From contig JAQVSJ010000001.1 in assembly GCA_028700595.1 (NCBI GenBank), forward strand, positions 17,345-65,297: a DNA stretch of 47,953 nucleotides. The letters are read 5' to 3'. The notes beneath the pieces are model-generated. The model ran no database searches. It was not told where the DNA came from and saw only the letters and a program-made list of their open reading frames with translations. Made by a program: the position numbers and the translations under genes. This stretch comes from Bacilli bacterium. Its GTDB lineage: Bacteria; Bacillota_I; Bacilli_A; RF39; UBA660. Below are positions 40,112 to 47,953 of this stretch, piece by piece; positions within the stretch are counted from its first letter, which is position 1, and each line of letters begins with the position of its first letter.

Positions 40112-41131
40112 TTACTTTATAAACATGCAATCACCAAAAGAAAAAAATCTATATTTTTCTTCAACTGCAATCTTATAAAAATCTAATATATATTTTCTAT
40201 CATAAAAAGCACTAACTAACATTAACAAAGTAGATTTTGGTAAATGAAAATTAGTTATTAAACAATCAATTGCTTTAAATTTATATCCTGGATAAATAAA
40301 TATATTAGTACTTCCAGAACATTCACAAAAACAATTATGTTCATTCATTATTGTTTCTAATGTTCTAGTAGTCGTAGTGCCAACACTAATAATTCTATTA
40401 TTATTCTTTTTAGCAACATTTAAAATATTTGCAGTATCATTTGACATAAAATAATATTCACTGTGCATTTTATGCTCTTCTATTTTATCAATAGTAACAG
40501 GTTTAAAAGTTCCTAAACCAACATGTAAAGTTATGTAACATAACTTTATTCCTTTTTCTTTAATTTTACACAATAATTCTGGTGTAAAGTGTAAACCGGC
40601 AGTTGGAGCTGCTACACTTCCAATATTATTAGCATATACAGTTTGATATTTATTTTTATCTTTTAACTTTTCATGTATATAAGGAGGTGTTGGCATTTCT
40701 CCAATTTCATCTATTATTTCTAATAAATCCCCTTCATATTCTAATTTAAATAATCTCATTCCTTCTTCTAATATTTTAATACAAGTTGCTTTTAATTTAT
40801 TAAATATAATAATAGTTCCTTCTTTAACTCTTCTTCCAGGTTTTACTAAACATAAATAAATATCTTTTTCTTTCTCTTCTAATAAAAACATTTCAATAAC
40901 AGCATTTGTTTCTAACTTATTACCAATAAGTCTACATGCTATTACCTTAGTGTCATTTAAAACTAGAACATCATCTTGATTTAAATAATCAATAATATCC
41001 TTAAAATGTTTGTGTTCAACATTATTAGTACTTCTATCTATAACCATCATTCTTGATTCATCTCTTCTGTCCAATGGATGTTGAGCAATTAAGCCTTCAG
41101 GTAAATAATAATTAAAATCATCTGTTTTCAA
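40112..41131 (-). CDS. queA: S-adenosylmethionine:tRNA ribosyltransferase-isomerase
   Basis: [23 protein letters not shown] and VGTT motifs. Confidence 0.95.
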   Translation of the reverse strand: MKTDDFNYYLPEGLIAQHPLDRRDESRMMVIDRSTNNVEHKHFKDIIDYLNQDDVLVLNDTKVIACRLIGNKLETNAVIEMFLLEEKEKDIYLCLVKPGRRVKEGTIIIFNKLKATCIKILEEGMRLFKLEYEGDLLEIIDEIGEMPTPPYIHEKLKDKNKYQTVYANNIGSVAAPTAGLHFTPELLCKIKEKGIKLCYITLHVGLGTFKPVTIDKIEEHKMHSEYYFMSNDTANILNVAKKNNNRIISVGTTTTRTLETIMNEHNCFCECSGSTNIFIYPGYKFKAIDCLITNFHLPKSTLLMLVSAFYDRKYILDFYKIAVEEKYRFFSFGDCMFIK

Positions 41132-42132
41132 AATAATGTGTCCTCTTTCTTAATATTAAAATGTTCATATGCTTTTTCAGTTACAACTCTTCCTCTAGAA
41201 GTTCTTTTTAAAAATCCAAGTTTCAATAAATATGGTTCATATACATCTTCTATAGTACTAGTCTCTTCATTTATAGTAGCTGCTAAAGCATCAATTCCAA
41301 CTGGTCCTCCATTATATCTTTCAATAATAGATATAATTAATTGCTTATCTGTATCATCTAAACCTAATTCATCAACCTTTAATCTTTCTAAAGAAACTTT
41401 AACTATCGATAAATCAATAGAACCATTACCAAGTACTAATGCAAAGTCACTTACTCTTTTAAACAATCTATTTGCAATTCTTGGTGTGCCTCTACTTCTC
41501 ATTGCTAATTCAATAGCAGCATCATCTTCAATAGGCACATCTAAAACTCTACTAGTTCTTTTAATAATCTTTTCTAATTCTTCAATAGTATAATAATTTA
41601 ATTTAGATATAATTCCAAATCTTTCTCTTAATGGTGCTGATAAATCTCCAGCTCTAGTAGTAGCACCTACTAACGTAAAAGGAGGAAGATCAATTTTTAA
41701 ATTCCTACTAGTTCCATCATTACCAACAATAATATCCAAACTAAAATCTTCCATAGCGGGATATAATATTTCTTCAATATATCTTGGTATTCTATGTATT
41801 TCATCAATAAATAATACATCTCCGGTTTCCAAAGTACTCAATATAGCTGCTAAATCTCCGCTCTTCTCTATAGAAGGTCCACTAGCAGTTTTAATATTTG
41901 TCCCCATTTCATTAGCAATAATATGCGCTAAAGTAGTTTTACCTAATCCAGGAGGACCATATAACAACACATGATCCAAAGATTCATCTCTCATTTTAGC
42001 AGCGCTAATAAAAACTTTTAAATTTTCTTTTACTTCAGATTGTCCAATATATTCATCAATACTATCTGGTCTAATACTAGCTTCAAAAGTATCTTCTTCT
42101 AATTTTTTATTATTTAATATTCTTTCTTCCAT
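41128..42132 (-). CDS. ruvB: Holliday junction branch migration helicase RuvB
   Basis: Walker [10 protein letters not shown], Walker B LFIDEIH, sensor [13 protein letters not shown] motif. Confidence 0.95.
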   Translation of the reverse strand: MEERILNNKKLEEDTFEASIRPDSIDEYIGQSEVKENLKVFISAAKMRDESLDHVLLYGPPGLGKTTLAHIIANEMGTNIKTASGPSIEKSGDLAAILSTLETGDVLFIDEIHRIPRYIEEILYPAMEDFSLDIIVGNDGTSRNLKIDLPPFTLVGATTRAGDLSAPLRERFGIISKLNYYTIEELEKIIKRTSRVLDVPIEDDAAIELAMRSRGTPRIANRLFKRVSDFALVLGNGSIDLSIVKVSLERLKVDELGLDDTDKQLIISIIERYNGGPVGIDALAATINEETSTIEDVYEPYLLKLGFLKRTSRGRVVTEKAYEHFNIKKEDTLF

Positions 42133-42140
42133 TACTCCTC

Positions 42141-42692
42141 CTATTTAAGCAATAACTTTAATGCTTCTTTTACTTGTTCACCTAATTCAATATCTTTACT
42201 TACTTTAGGCAATACTTTATTAATATCATTTAATTTATAGCCCAAACCTCTAAGAACTTCAACTAACTCCATATTAGAATCAACATAATCATTTTCTATT
42301 TGTAATTTAAATTTCCCTTTTAAATCTAATATTATTTGTTTTGCCACCTTTTCCCCTATTTTAGGGAACTTAGTTAAATAAAGAGTATTCTCTCTATTAA
42401 TTGCATCCATAATTCCACTTACTGAACCAGTAGCTAACATTGGCAATGCAGTCTTAGGACCAATACCACTTACTTCTATTAAATTTAAAAACAAATTTAA
42501 CTCTTCCTTAGTCTTAAACCCATATAAAGTACTTTCATCTTCTCTTAAATGTTGATATACATATATTTTATATTCCTCTAATCCAAAAGAATAAGGATTA
42601 GGAACATGAATTTTATAACCCATATTATTATTTTCTAAAACTATATAAGTAGACTCTTGATCTACAACTAAACCTTTAATATATTCGTACAT
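42141..42692 (-). CDS. ruvA: Holliday junction DNA helicase RuvA
   Basis: MYEYIKGLV..., HhH motif VSGIGPKTA. Start moved to the ATG at 42692 after GGGTGA, with TGATATAAT upstream. Confidence 0.9.
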   Translation of the reverse strand: MYEYIKGLVVDQESTYIVLENNNMGYKIHVPNPYSFGLEEYKIYVYQHLREDESTLYGFKTKEELNLFLNLIEVSGIGPKTALPMLATGSVSGIMDAINRENTLYLTKFPKIGEKVAKQIILDLKGKFKLQIENDYVDSNMELVEVLRGLGYKLNDINKVLPKVSKDIELGEQVKEALKLLLK

Positions 42693-42747
42693 TTTATCAC
42701 CCATATTTATTATATCATATAGTAAAAAAATAATGAACATATGTTCA

Positions 42748-43254
42748 CTATTTTAACTTTTTATTTAACAACAAATCAAAATATCTTTTTTTTCTACATT
42801 TATATATATCACTATTTTGAATAACCATATCATCAAGTCTATCTTTTTCAAAATATGCAAGAACATTTGAATATTGCTTATTAATAACCATCAATAAAGT
42901 TGTATCATATATTTGATCATTTACTTCTAGCCATACATGACCTCCATTTGGAGATCCAGCTGTACCTTTTAATATTGGCAAAATTCCATTTACAATAGAA
43001 CAATTTTCAAACCCATAACTAAGAGTTTGCACAAAAAATCTACATCTCCCAATATTATATCCTTCCTCGAACGCTTTATTTACATCACCATTTACAACAA
43101 CATTACTTAGAGAACCAAAAATATTTATTTCTTCTTCTCCAAAATCTCTTATAAAATTATTATTTATTCCATATTTAATTTTATTATAAAATTCTGGGTT
43201 ACTTTCTAACAAATAATTTCTAAACTCTAGTGCCTTTTTCATTGTTGCTTTCAA
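42748..43254 (-). CDS. Hypothetical protein, possibly with a transglutaminase-like Cys-His-Asp core
   Basis: GRC71RFF ... GGH106VWLEVNDQIYD117TT resembles the C...H.W.E....D.T core of transglutaminase-like cysteine proteases. It overlaps the valS 3' end by 23-35 nt, depending on the start (43254 or 43242). Confidence 0.4.
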   Translation of the reverse strand: MKATMKKALEFRNYLLESNPEFYNKIKYGINNNFIRDFGEEEINIFGSLSNVVVNGDVNKAFEEGYNIGRCRFFVQTLSYGFENCSIVNGILPILKGTAGSPNGGHVWLEVNDQIYDTTLLMVINKQYSNVLAYFEKDRLDDMVIQNSDIYKCRKKRYFDLLLNKKLK

Positions 43255-45646
43255 TAACTATATTTTTAATCATATATTCTGAATCCTCCATAATGTTTTT
43301 ATTTATATTATTTATGTTTAATGTTGCTTTTAAGTCATCAATTGCTTCTTCAAAAGCAATATTTAATTCATTTGATAAACTAATATCAATACTCTCTACC
43401 AAAGTTTTTAACGATACATTTTTATTGGTTTTCTCTCCTCTAATATCACTAACAATATTAATTAATTGATCTCCATTTTCAATATTATTTTCAAAATTAA
43501 AATCTAATTTTTTAATCTCAGTTAAATGGATAGATTTATTATTTTTATATATTTCTTGAAATATTTCTTCAGTAATAAATGGAAAGAAAGGAGAAAAATT
43601 TTGTAGCAATTTATATAAAATCATATATATAGTCTTTTGACCAGAATATCTAGCATTATTTTTAAATTCTTCTGGTCTATATAATCTATGTTTTACTATT
43701 TCAATATAATTATCGCAGAAATTCCAAAAGAACTTTTCTAATATATTCAATCCTAGACCAACTTCATAATCATCCATATACTTAATATATTGTTTTTCCA
43801 TTTCATTATATTTGTTTATTATATACTTATCAAAATATTCATAATTATCAAAACTCTTATCTTCATAATCAACTAAATGCATTTCAATAAATCTACAAAC
43901 ATTATATAACTTATTAACTAACTTCTTACCTCTATCTAAAGTATCCATTGAGAATAAAATATCTGTTCCCAATCTTCCACTTCCTGCCCAATATCTAACT
44001 ACATCAGCAGAATAAGTATCAATTAAATCAATTGGTTCAAACTTATTATTTCCTTTACTTTTACTAATCTTTTCACCTTTATCAGCCATTACAAATCCTG
44101 ATATCATAACATTTTCCCAAGGTTTATTGCAGAAATGATAATAACTTTTAACAATTGTATAAAAATCCCATGTTCTAATTATTTCAGATGCATTACTTCT
44201 TAAACTCATAGGATTAAGAATATTTTCATAATTACTCTCTTCTTTATACTTCATATTAATTAAAGGAGTTAATGATGAAGTAGCCCAAGTATCCATAACG
44301 TCTTTTTCAGGTATAAAGTCATCACTTCCACATTCACATTTACTATTAGGTTTATCTATTAATGGATTAACTGGTAACTGTGATTCATCTGCAAATATTG
44401 GTTTACCACATTTAGAACAATACCATACTGGAAAAGGTACACCAAAATATCTTTGTCTCGATATACACCAATCCCACGCAACATTGTTTACCCATTCATT
44501 ATATCTAGAATGCATATATTCAGGATGCCATTTAATAGAATTCCCAATTTCAATAAACTTTTCCTTATTATCAATAATATTAATAAACCATTGATTAATT
44601 ATAGAATATTCTATTTCCTTACCACATCTCTCATGAACTTGTACTTCATGCTCAATTTCTTCAATCTTTTCAAGATAGCCATTATTATCTAGATCACTAA
44701 TTATAGCTTCTCTAGCTTCTTTAATCTTCATACCTTTATACTTATCAACTGAATCATTAATACACCCATCATTAGTAAATATATTCTTTAAAGGTAATTT
44801 ATATTTATTCCACCATTCAATATCAGTTTGATCTCCAAAAGTACAACACATTACAATACCAGTACCCTTGTCAATACTAACCTTTTCATCACCAATAATA
44901 GGTACTTCAATATTTAATGTTGGCACAATTGCTTTCTTACCAATAAGATGATTATTTTTCTTATCACTCGGATTAATAAATACAGCTACTATTGCAGGTA
45001 ACAATTCAGGTCTAGTTGTTGCAATAGTAAATACTTCATTATCAGATGATTTAAAATTAATATAATTAAAATTAGCATTAATAGTCTTAGTTTCTAACTC
45101 TGCTTGTGCAATAGATGTTAAACATTCATTACACCATAATGCAGGAGCTTTCTTATAATATGCTTTATTTTTATTTACTAAATCAAGAAATGACAATTGA
45201 CTTATTTTAATAGATGATGGACTAACAGTTTTATACAACAAATTCCAATCAGTACTTACTCCCAATTTACTAAATAAGTTTCTAAATTCTTCTTCATATT
45301 TATCAGTAATTGAATAGCACAATTTAGAAAATTCTTCTCTGCCAATTTCACTAGCTTTCTTACCACATTCTTTTTCTACTAATCTTTCACTAGGTAATCC
45401 ATTATCATCAAATCCGAAAGGATAAAAAACATTATAACCTCTTAATCTTTTATATCTAGCAATCATTTCAGTTTGAGAATAAGAAAATATATGACCAATA
45501 TGAATCTTACCACTTACAGTTGGTGGTGGTGTATCAATAGAAAAAACTTCCCTTTTATCTTGTTTAAAATCATATACTTTATTATTATTCCAATAATTTA
45601 ACCATTTGTTTTCTTTATCTTTAAAATCATATCTATTATCAAGCAT
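43220..45646 (-). CDS. valS: Valine--tRNA ligase, archaeal-type
   Basis: IDTPPPTVSGKIHIGH (HIGH), YPFGFDDNGLPSERLVEKE (archaeal-type rather than bacterial PGTDHAGIATQ), KISKS (KMSKS). A T-box with a GUA specifier candidate lies upstream. Confidence 0.8.
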   Translation of the reverse strand: MLDNRYDFKDKENKWLNYWNNNKVYDFKQDKREVFSIDTPPPTVSGKIHIGHIFSYSQTEMIARYKRLRGYNVFYPFGFDDNGLPSERLVEKECGKKASEIGREEFSKLCYSITDKYEEEFRNLFSKLGVSTDWNLLYKTVSPSSIKISQLSFLDLVNKNKAYYKKAPALWCNECLTSIAQAELETKTINANFNYINFKSSDNEVFTIATTRPELLPAIVAVFINPSDKKNNHLIGKKAIVPTLNIEVPIIGDEKVSIDKGTGIVMCCTFGDQTDIEWWNKYKLPLKNIFTNDGCINDSVDKYKGMKIKEAREAIISDLDNNGYLEKIEEIEHEVQVHERCGKEIEYSIINQWFINIIDNKEKFIEIGNSIKWHPEYMHSRYNEWVNNVAWDWCISRQRYFGVPFPVWYCSKCGKPIFADESQLPVNPLIDKPNSKCECGSDDFIPEKDVMDTWATSSLTPLINMKYKEESNYENILNPMSLRSNASEIIRTWDFYTIVKSYYHFCNKPWENVMISGFVMADKGEKISKSKGNNKFEPIDLIDTYSADVVRYWAGSGRLGTDILFSMDTLDRGKKLVNKLYNVCRFIEMHLVDYEDKSFDNYEYFDKYIINKYNEMEKQYIKYMDDYEVGLGLNILEKFFWNFCDNYIEIVKHRLYRPEEFKNNARYSGQKTIYMILYKLLQNFSPFFPFITEEIFQEIYKNNKSIHLTEIKKLDFNFENNIENGDQLINIVSDIRGEKTNKNVSLKTLVESIDISLSNELNIAFEEAIDDLKATLNINNINKNIMEDSEYMIKNIVIESNNEKGTRV

Positions 45647-45650
45647 ATAT

Positions 45651-46400
45651 TCACCTACTTTCTAAATATTCATTCATAAACTTTTTAATTTCTTTATACT
45701 TTTCAATAGTTTCTTCATTTTTAACAATTCCAATGTACCTATCAATTAATATATTAAAATAATCTTTCTCTTTAATAATATCATAACTATATTTAAAATT
45801 TAAATCAAAAAACATAGATACTTGCAATATTTTCATATCAGCACTAGTTTTAATATCATTAAAATTTAATGCTTTCTTTTCAAAAAAACTTTTATATACA
45901 TTTTCAGTTACATTATCTGTTTTAAAAACTATTGCTTTACTATCTTCTACATAATGCTTAAATATATCTAACTTATCTGCATCTCTTATTATCTTACAAA
46001 ATAATAATTCTTTCTCATCACATTCTCCAATTTCATGTTTATTATGATATAGAATACTTTTTTTAATTATTTCATCATAACTATTATCAACAATATAACT
46101 CCTTATATATTGATCCTTAAATAATATATCTATAGCATAATCACCATGATCAATACTCTTAGAATCATTAAAAGTATTGTATACCTTATATTGTTCAAAT
46201 CTACCAATATCATGTAATAAACCTATTAATCCAGCTATTAATACTTCTTCAATACTCAATCCAATATTCTTAGCCAAACTAATACAATTTTGCATTACTC
46301 TCTTAGAATGATAATATTTATAATTAATATTACTATCATTTAAATCATACTTATTCACAAAATTATTAAACTCTTTTTCTGCTTTATCAAAATTAACCAT
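45651..46400 (-). CDS. HD-domain phosphohydrolase family protein (249 aa)
   Basis: H...LLHDIGRF...DHG...H...RDADKLD metal-binding pattern. Start moved to the ATG at 46400 after AGGAGG; the longer ORF-track N-terminus is the T-box terminator read as protein. Confidence 0.7.
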   Translation of the reverse strand: MVNFDKAEKEFNNFVNKYDLNDSNINYKYYHSKRVMQNCISLAKNIGLSIEEVLIAGLIGLLHDIGRFEQYKVYNTFNDSKSIDHGDYAIDILFKDQYIRSYIVDNSYDEIIKKSILYHNKHEIGECDEKELLFCKIIRDADKLDIFKHYVEDSKAIVFKTDNVTENVYKSFFEKKALNFNDIKTSADMKILQVSMFFDLNFKYSYDIIKEKDYFNILIDRYIGIVKNEETIEKYKEIKKFMNEYLESR

Positions 46401-46416
46401 ATTACCTCCTATTAAA

Positions 46417-46613
46417 CAAAAAAAGCACCCTAAACTAAGGACGCTTATACGTGGTACCACCTTACATAGCAAAGCTATGATCTCAATTCGTAACGAGAAT
46501 AACGTTATATCCTAAGATATAATACTCACAAGCTACATTCATATATTTAATTATTAGTTTTCACCAACCACTAACTCTCTACAAAAATAAATATATTACT
46601 CCTCTTGATCAAC
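46417..46613 (-). promoter_or_regulatory. T-box riboswitch leader (probable Val specifier GUA) with terminator/antiterminator
   Basis: The minus strand shows, in order: GAUCAAGAGGAGUA (GA/K-turn region), AGAGA bulge, GGUUGGUGAAAAC distal loop, specifier loop GAAUGUAGC (GUA at 46536..46534), T-box sequence AAGGUGGUACCACG (46466..46449), then hairpin GCGUCC-UUAGUUUA-GGGUGC plus U7. Confidence 0.8.
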
Positions 46614-46617
46614 GTAT

Positions 46618-47268
46618 TTAATTTTTAATTTCAATTCCACCAAATACTACTGTATATGTAATAGTAATTTCATTTTTACTATCTTCTTTTTCAACCAAAT
46701 TCTTATTATCAAATGCACCAAATAAAGGTAAACCTTCACTTGTTACTTTATGTTTCTTAGGTAATATTAAATCTACTCCACCAAATAATACAAATACATT
46801 AATATGTCCTTTATTATCTTTTAACTTAATATCACTTAAATCAACAGTACATCCTCCAAATAAAGCAGTTACATCACAAGATTCAAATTCTTTATTAACA
46901 ACCTTTTCTTCAAGACCACCAAATAATGCACAATAACTCTTACCACCATTTGAATCTTTTTTAATAGTCTTTATATTTAATATTCTAACACCTATTAGTA
47001 CTATAATAACAGGAAACAATAAAAGACCTACAATACTCTTATCAAATATTTCTAACGCTAAAATTAATGAAGAAAGACCCAATAAGAACAATATTAAATA
47101 AAATATATCAACCTTTCTTCTTTCTACCATGCCTACAACTCCAATAATCAATACCAATGATGGAAGCAAGTATTCAGAAATTTCATTAAAATCAATTATT
47201 TCAGCATTCGATAAAAACAACAATATACCTAATATTATTACAAATAAACCCAATGTTTTCTTAATCAT
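46618..47268 (-). CDS. LiaF-like (DUF2154) membrane protein, cell-wall stress response family
   Basis: Four N-terminal TM segments, then a C-terminal domain with repeated LFGG/VFGG beta-strand motifs. RBS GGGAGG. Confidence 0.5.
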   Translation of the reverse strand: MIKKTLGLFVIILGILLFLSNAEIIDFNEISEYLLPSLVLIIGVVGMVERRKVDIFYLILFLLGLSSLILALEIFDKSIVGLLLFPVIIVLIGVRILNIKTIKKDSNGGKSYCALFGGLEEKVVNKEFESCDVTALFGGCTVDLSDIKLKDNKGHINVFVLFGGVDLILPKKHKVTSEGLPLFGAFDNKNLVEKEDSKNEITITYTVVFGGIEIKN

Positions 47269-47314
47269 AAAAACCTCCCATATTAATTATATTATATCAT
47301 ATATAAACACAATA

Positions 47315-47953
47315 TCAACCTTCTAAATATAAAGATAAAACTTCTTCTTTAGTCAATTCCCTATTATATATTCTTAATTGATTAATAGAACCATTAAAAT
47401 AATTAGATTTAGTACCACCAACACCAGGGTTACATCCAATACAAGTTACCAAATCAGAACCAGTTAATGTTGTAGGAAGATAAGAACTAATATATTCAAC
47501 AAATGAATATAAATATCCATCATGATACAACTTAACATATTTAGAACCAAAATTAATTACTAATACAACATGAGTCCATTTACCAACTTGAGATGCAGGG
47601 CCATTCATATTTTGATACCCAGATCCAAAATAAGAAGAAATTGTATAGGTATTTGAACCTGCATCTTGTCTTATTTCATATCCTCCACCTTCAGTATTAC
47701 TTATAATTGTTCCAACATTTGTATTACTTCCACTATTCATATATATCCATGTGGATATACTTACTGTTCCAGTCTCTATACTATATGGAAGAGCAGAATA
47801 ACTAGATGATCCATCAAATGTTCCTGCCAAACCAATATTTGATGGTTTATATCCTATAGTTGAAGAATAAGATGATGGATTATATCCATTTCCACTTGTA
47901 TCATTTACAGTTCCATTAAATAAATATTCTCCATATAAACCACCTGCAATACA
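47315..47953 (-). CDS. C-terminal part of a larger protein ending in a LamG/concanavalin-A-like lectin domain (5' end lies outside the window)
   Basis: ...SISTWIY...GKWTHVVLV...KLYHDG...FNGSINQLRIYNRELTKEEVLSLY is the classic Laminin_G_3 pattern. The frame stays open from 47830 to the window end, so the listed TTG start is not the true start. Confidence 0.6.
   Translation of the reverse strand, partial: CIAGGLYGEYLFNGTVNDTSGNGYNPSSYSSTIGYKPSNIGLAGTFDGSSSYSALPYSIETGTVSISTWIYMNSGSNTNVGTIISNTEGGGYEIRQDAGSNTYTISSYFGSGYQNMNGPASQVGKWTHVVLVINFGSKYVKLYHDGYLYSFVEYISSYLPTTLTGSDLVTCIGCNPGVGGTKSNYFNGSINQLRIYNRELTKEEVLSLYLEG

Noticed and set aside
46401-46472. The 24-codon N-terminal extension of the HD-domain ORF in the ORF track (MLCKVVPRISVLSLGCFFCLIGGN)
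   Set aside because: This stretch is the T-box sequence and terminator read as protein. A strong AGGAGG RBS precedes the internal ATG at 46400. Analogous over-long starts were trimmed for rpsU, yceD, cvpA, cdsA, rpsP, XRE, ruvA, the comN-like gene and others.
46533-46540. Alternative T-box specifier register GAA-UGU-A (Cys) instead of GAAU-GUA-G (Val)
   Set aside because: Counting from the helix below the specifier loop places GUA followed by a purine next to the stem, and the regulated operon contains valS. The Cys reading cannot be fully excluded without a covariance-model alignment.
47740-47760. DnaA-box-like sequence TGTGGATAT
   Set aside because: It is a single imperfect copy inside a coding region with no cluster of boxes, so it is not an origin.

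Overview
Very AT-rich (about 25% GC by eye) bacterial chromosomal segment. It reads in the standard code: conserved Trp residues use TGG (for example WCGPC in thioredoxin), and no conserved gene is interrupted by TGA. About 47 genes are tightly packed, and all but two (tmcAL and rnhC) lie on the minus strand. Content and order are typical Bacillota core genome, close to Bacillus synteny. Read in minus-strand direction (high to low coordinates): T-box-HD-valS, ruvA-ruvB-queA-tgt, comN-like-rel-hisS-aspS, mutL-miaA-mltG, rpsP-KH, cdsA-rseP, fmt, lspA-rluD, rnhC/cvpA, trxA, dnaG-sigA-trmK, serS, yceD-rpmF, rpsU, ybeY-dgkA-cdd-era-recO-glyQS. I saw no rRNA, tRNA, CRISPR array, transposase, integrase or prophage genes, so this is mostly an ordinary housekeeping region. 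Five things stand out. (1) A GspF/PilC-type platform gene carries an N-terminal extension of about 400 aa, built from 132-bp (44-aa) tandem repeats rich in Tyr/Phe/Ile/Lys plus a Lys/Glu-rich linker. It is paired only with a prepilin peptidase; no ATPase or pilin genes are in the window. (2) A tandemly duplicated 106-bp module at the left edge consists of a near-consensus promoter running straight into a perfect hairpin plus U-tract, which would give a transcript of about 50 nt. (3) The Rel/SpoT homologue has an intact synthetase domain, but the hydrolase LLHDVVEDT block is replaced by the shorter LLHATDIDD, losing the metal-binding Asp of the HD dyad and the canonical ED pair. (4) A T-box leader, probably with a Val (GUA) specifier, sits upstream of an HD-domain gene followed by an archaeal-type valS. 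(5) A 7-N7-7 palindrome overlaps the rpsP -35 box and lies inside the 3' end of a small XRE regulator gene. Several ORF-track starts were moved to internal ATGs that have Shine-Dalgarno sequences.
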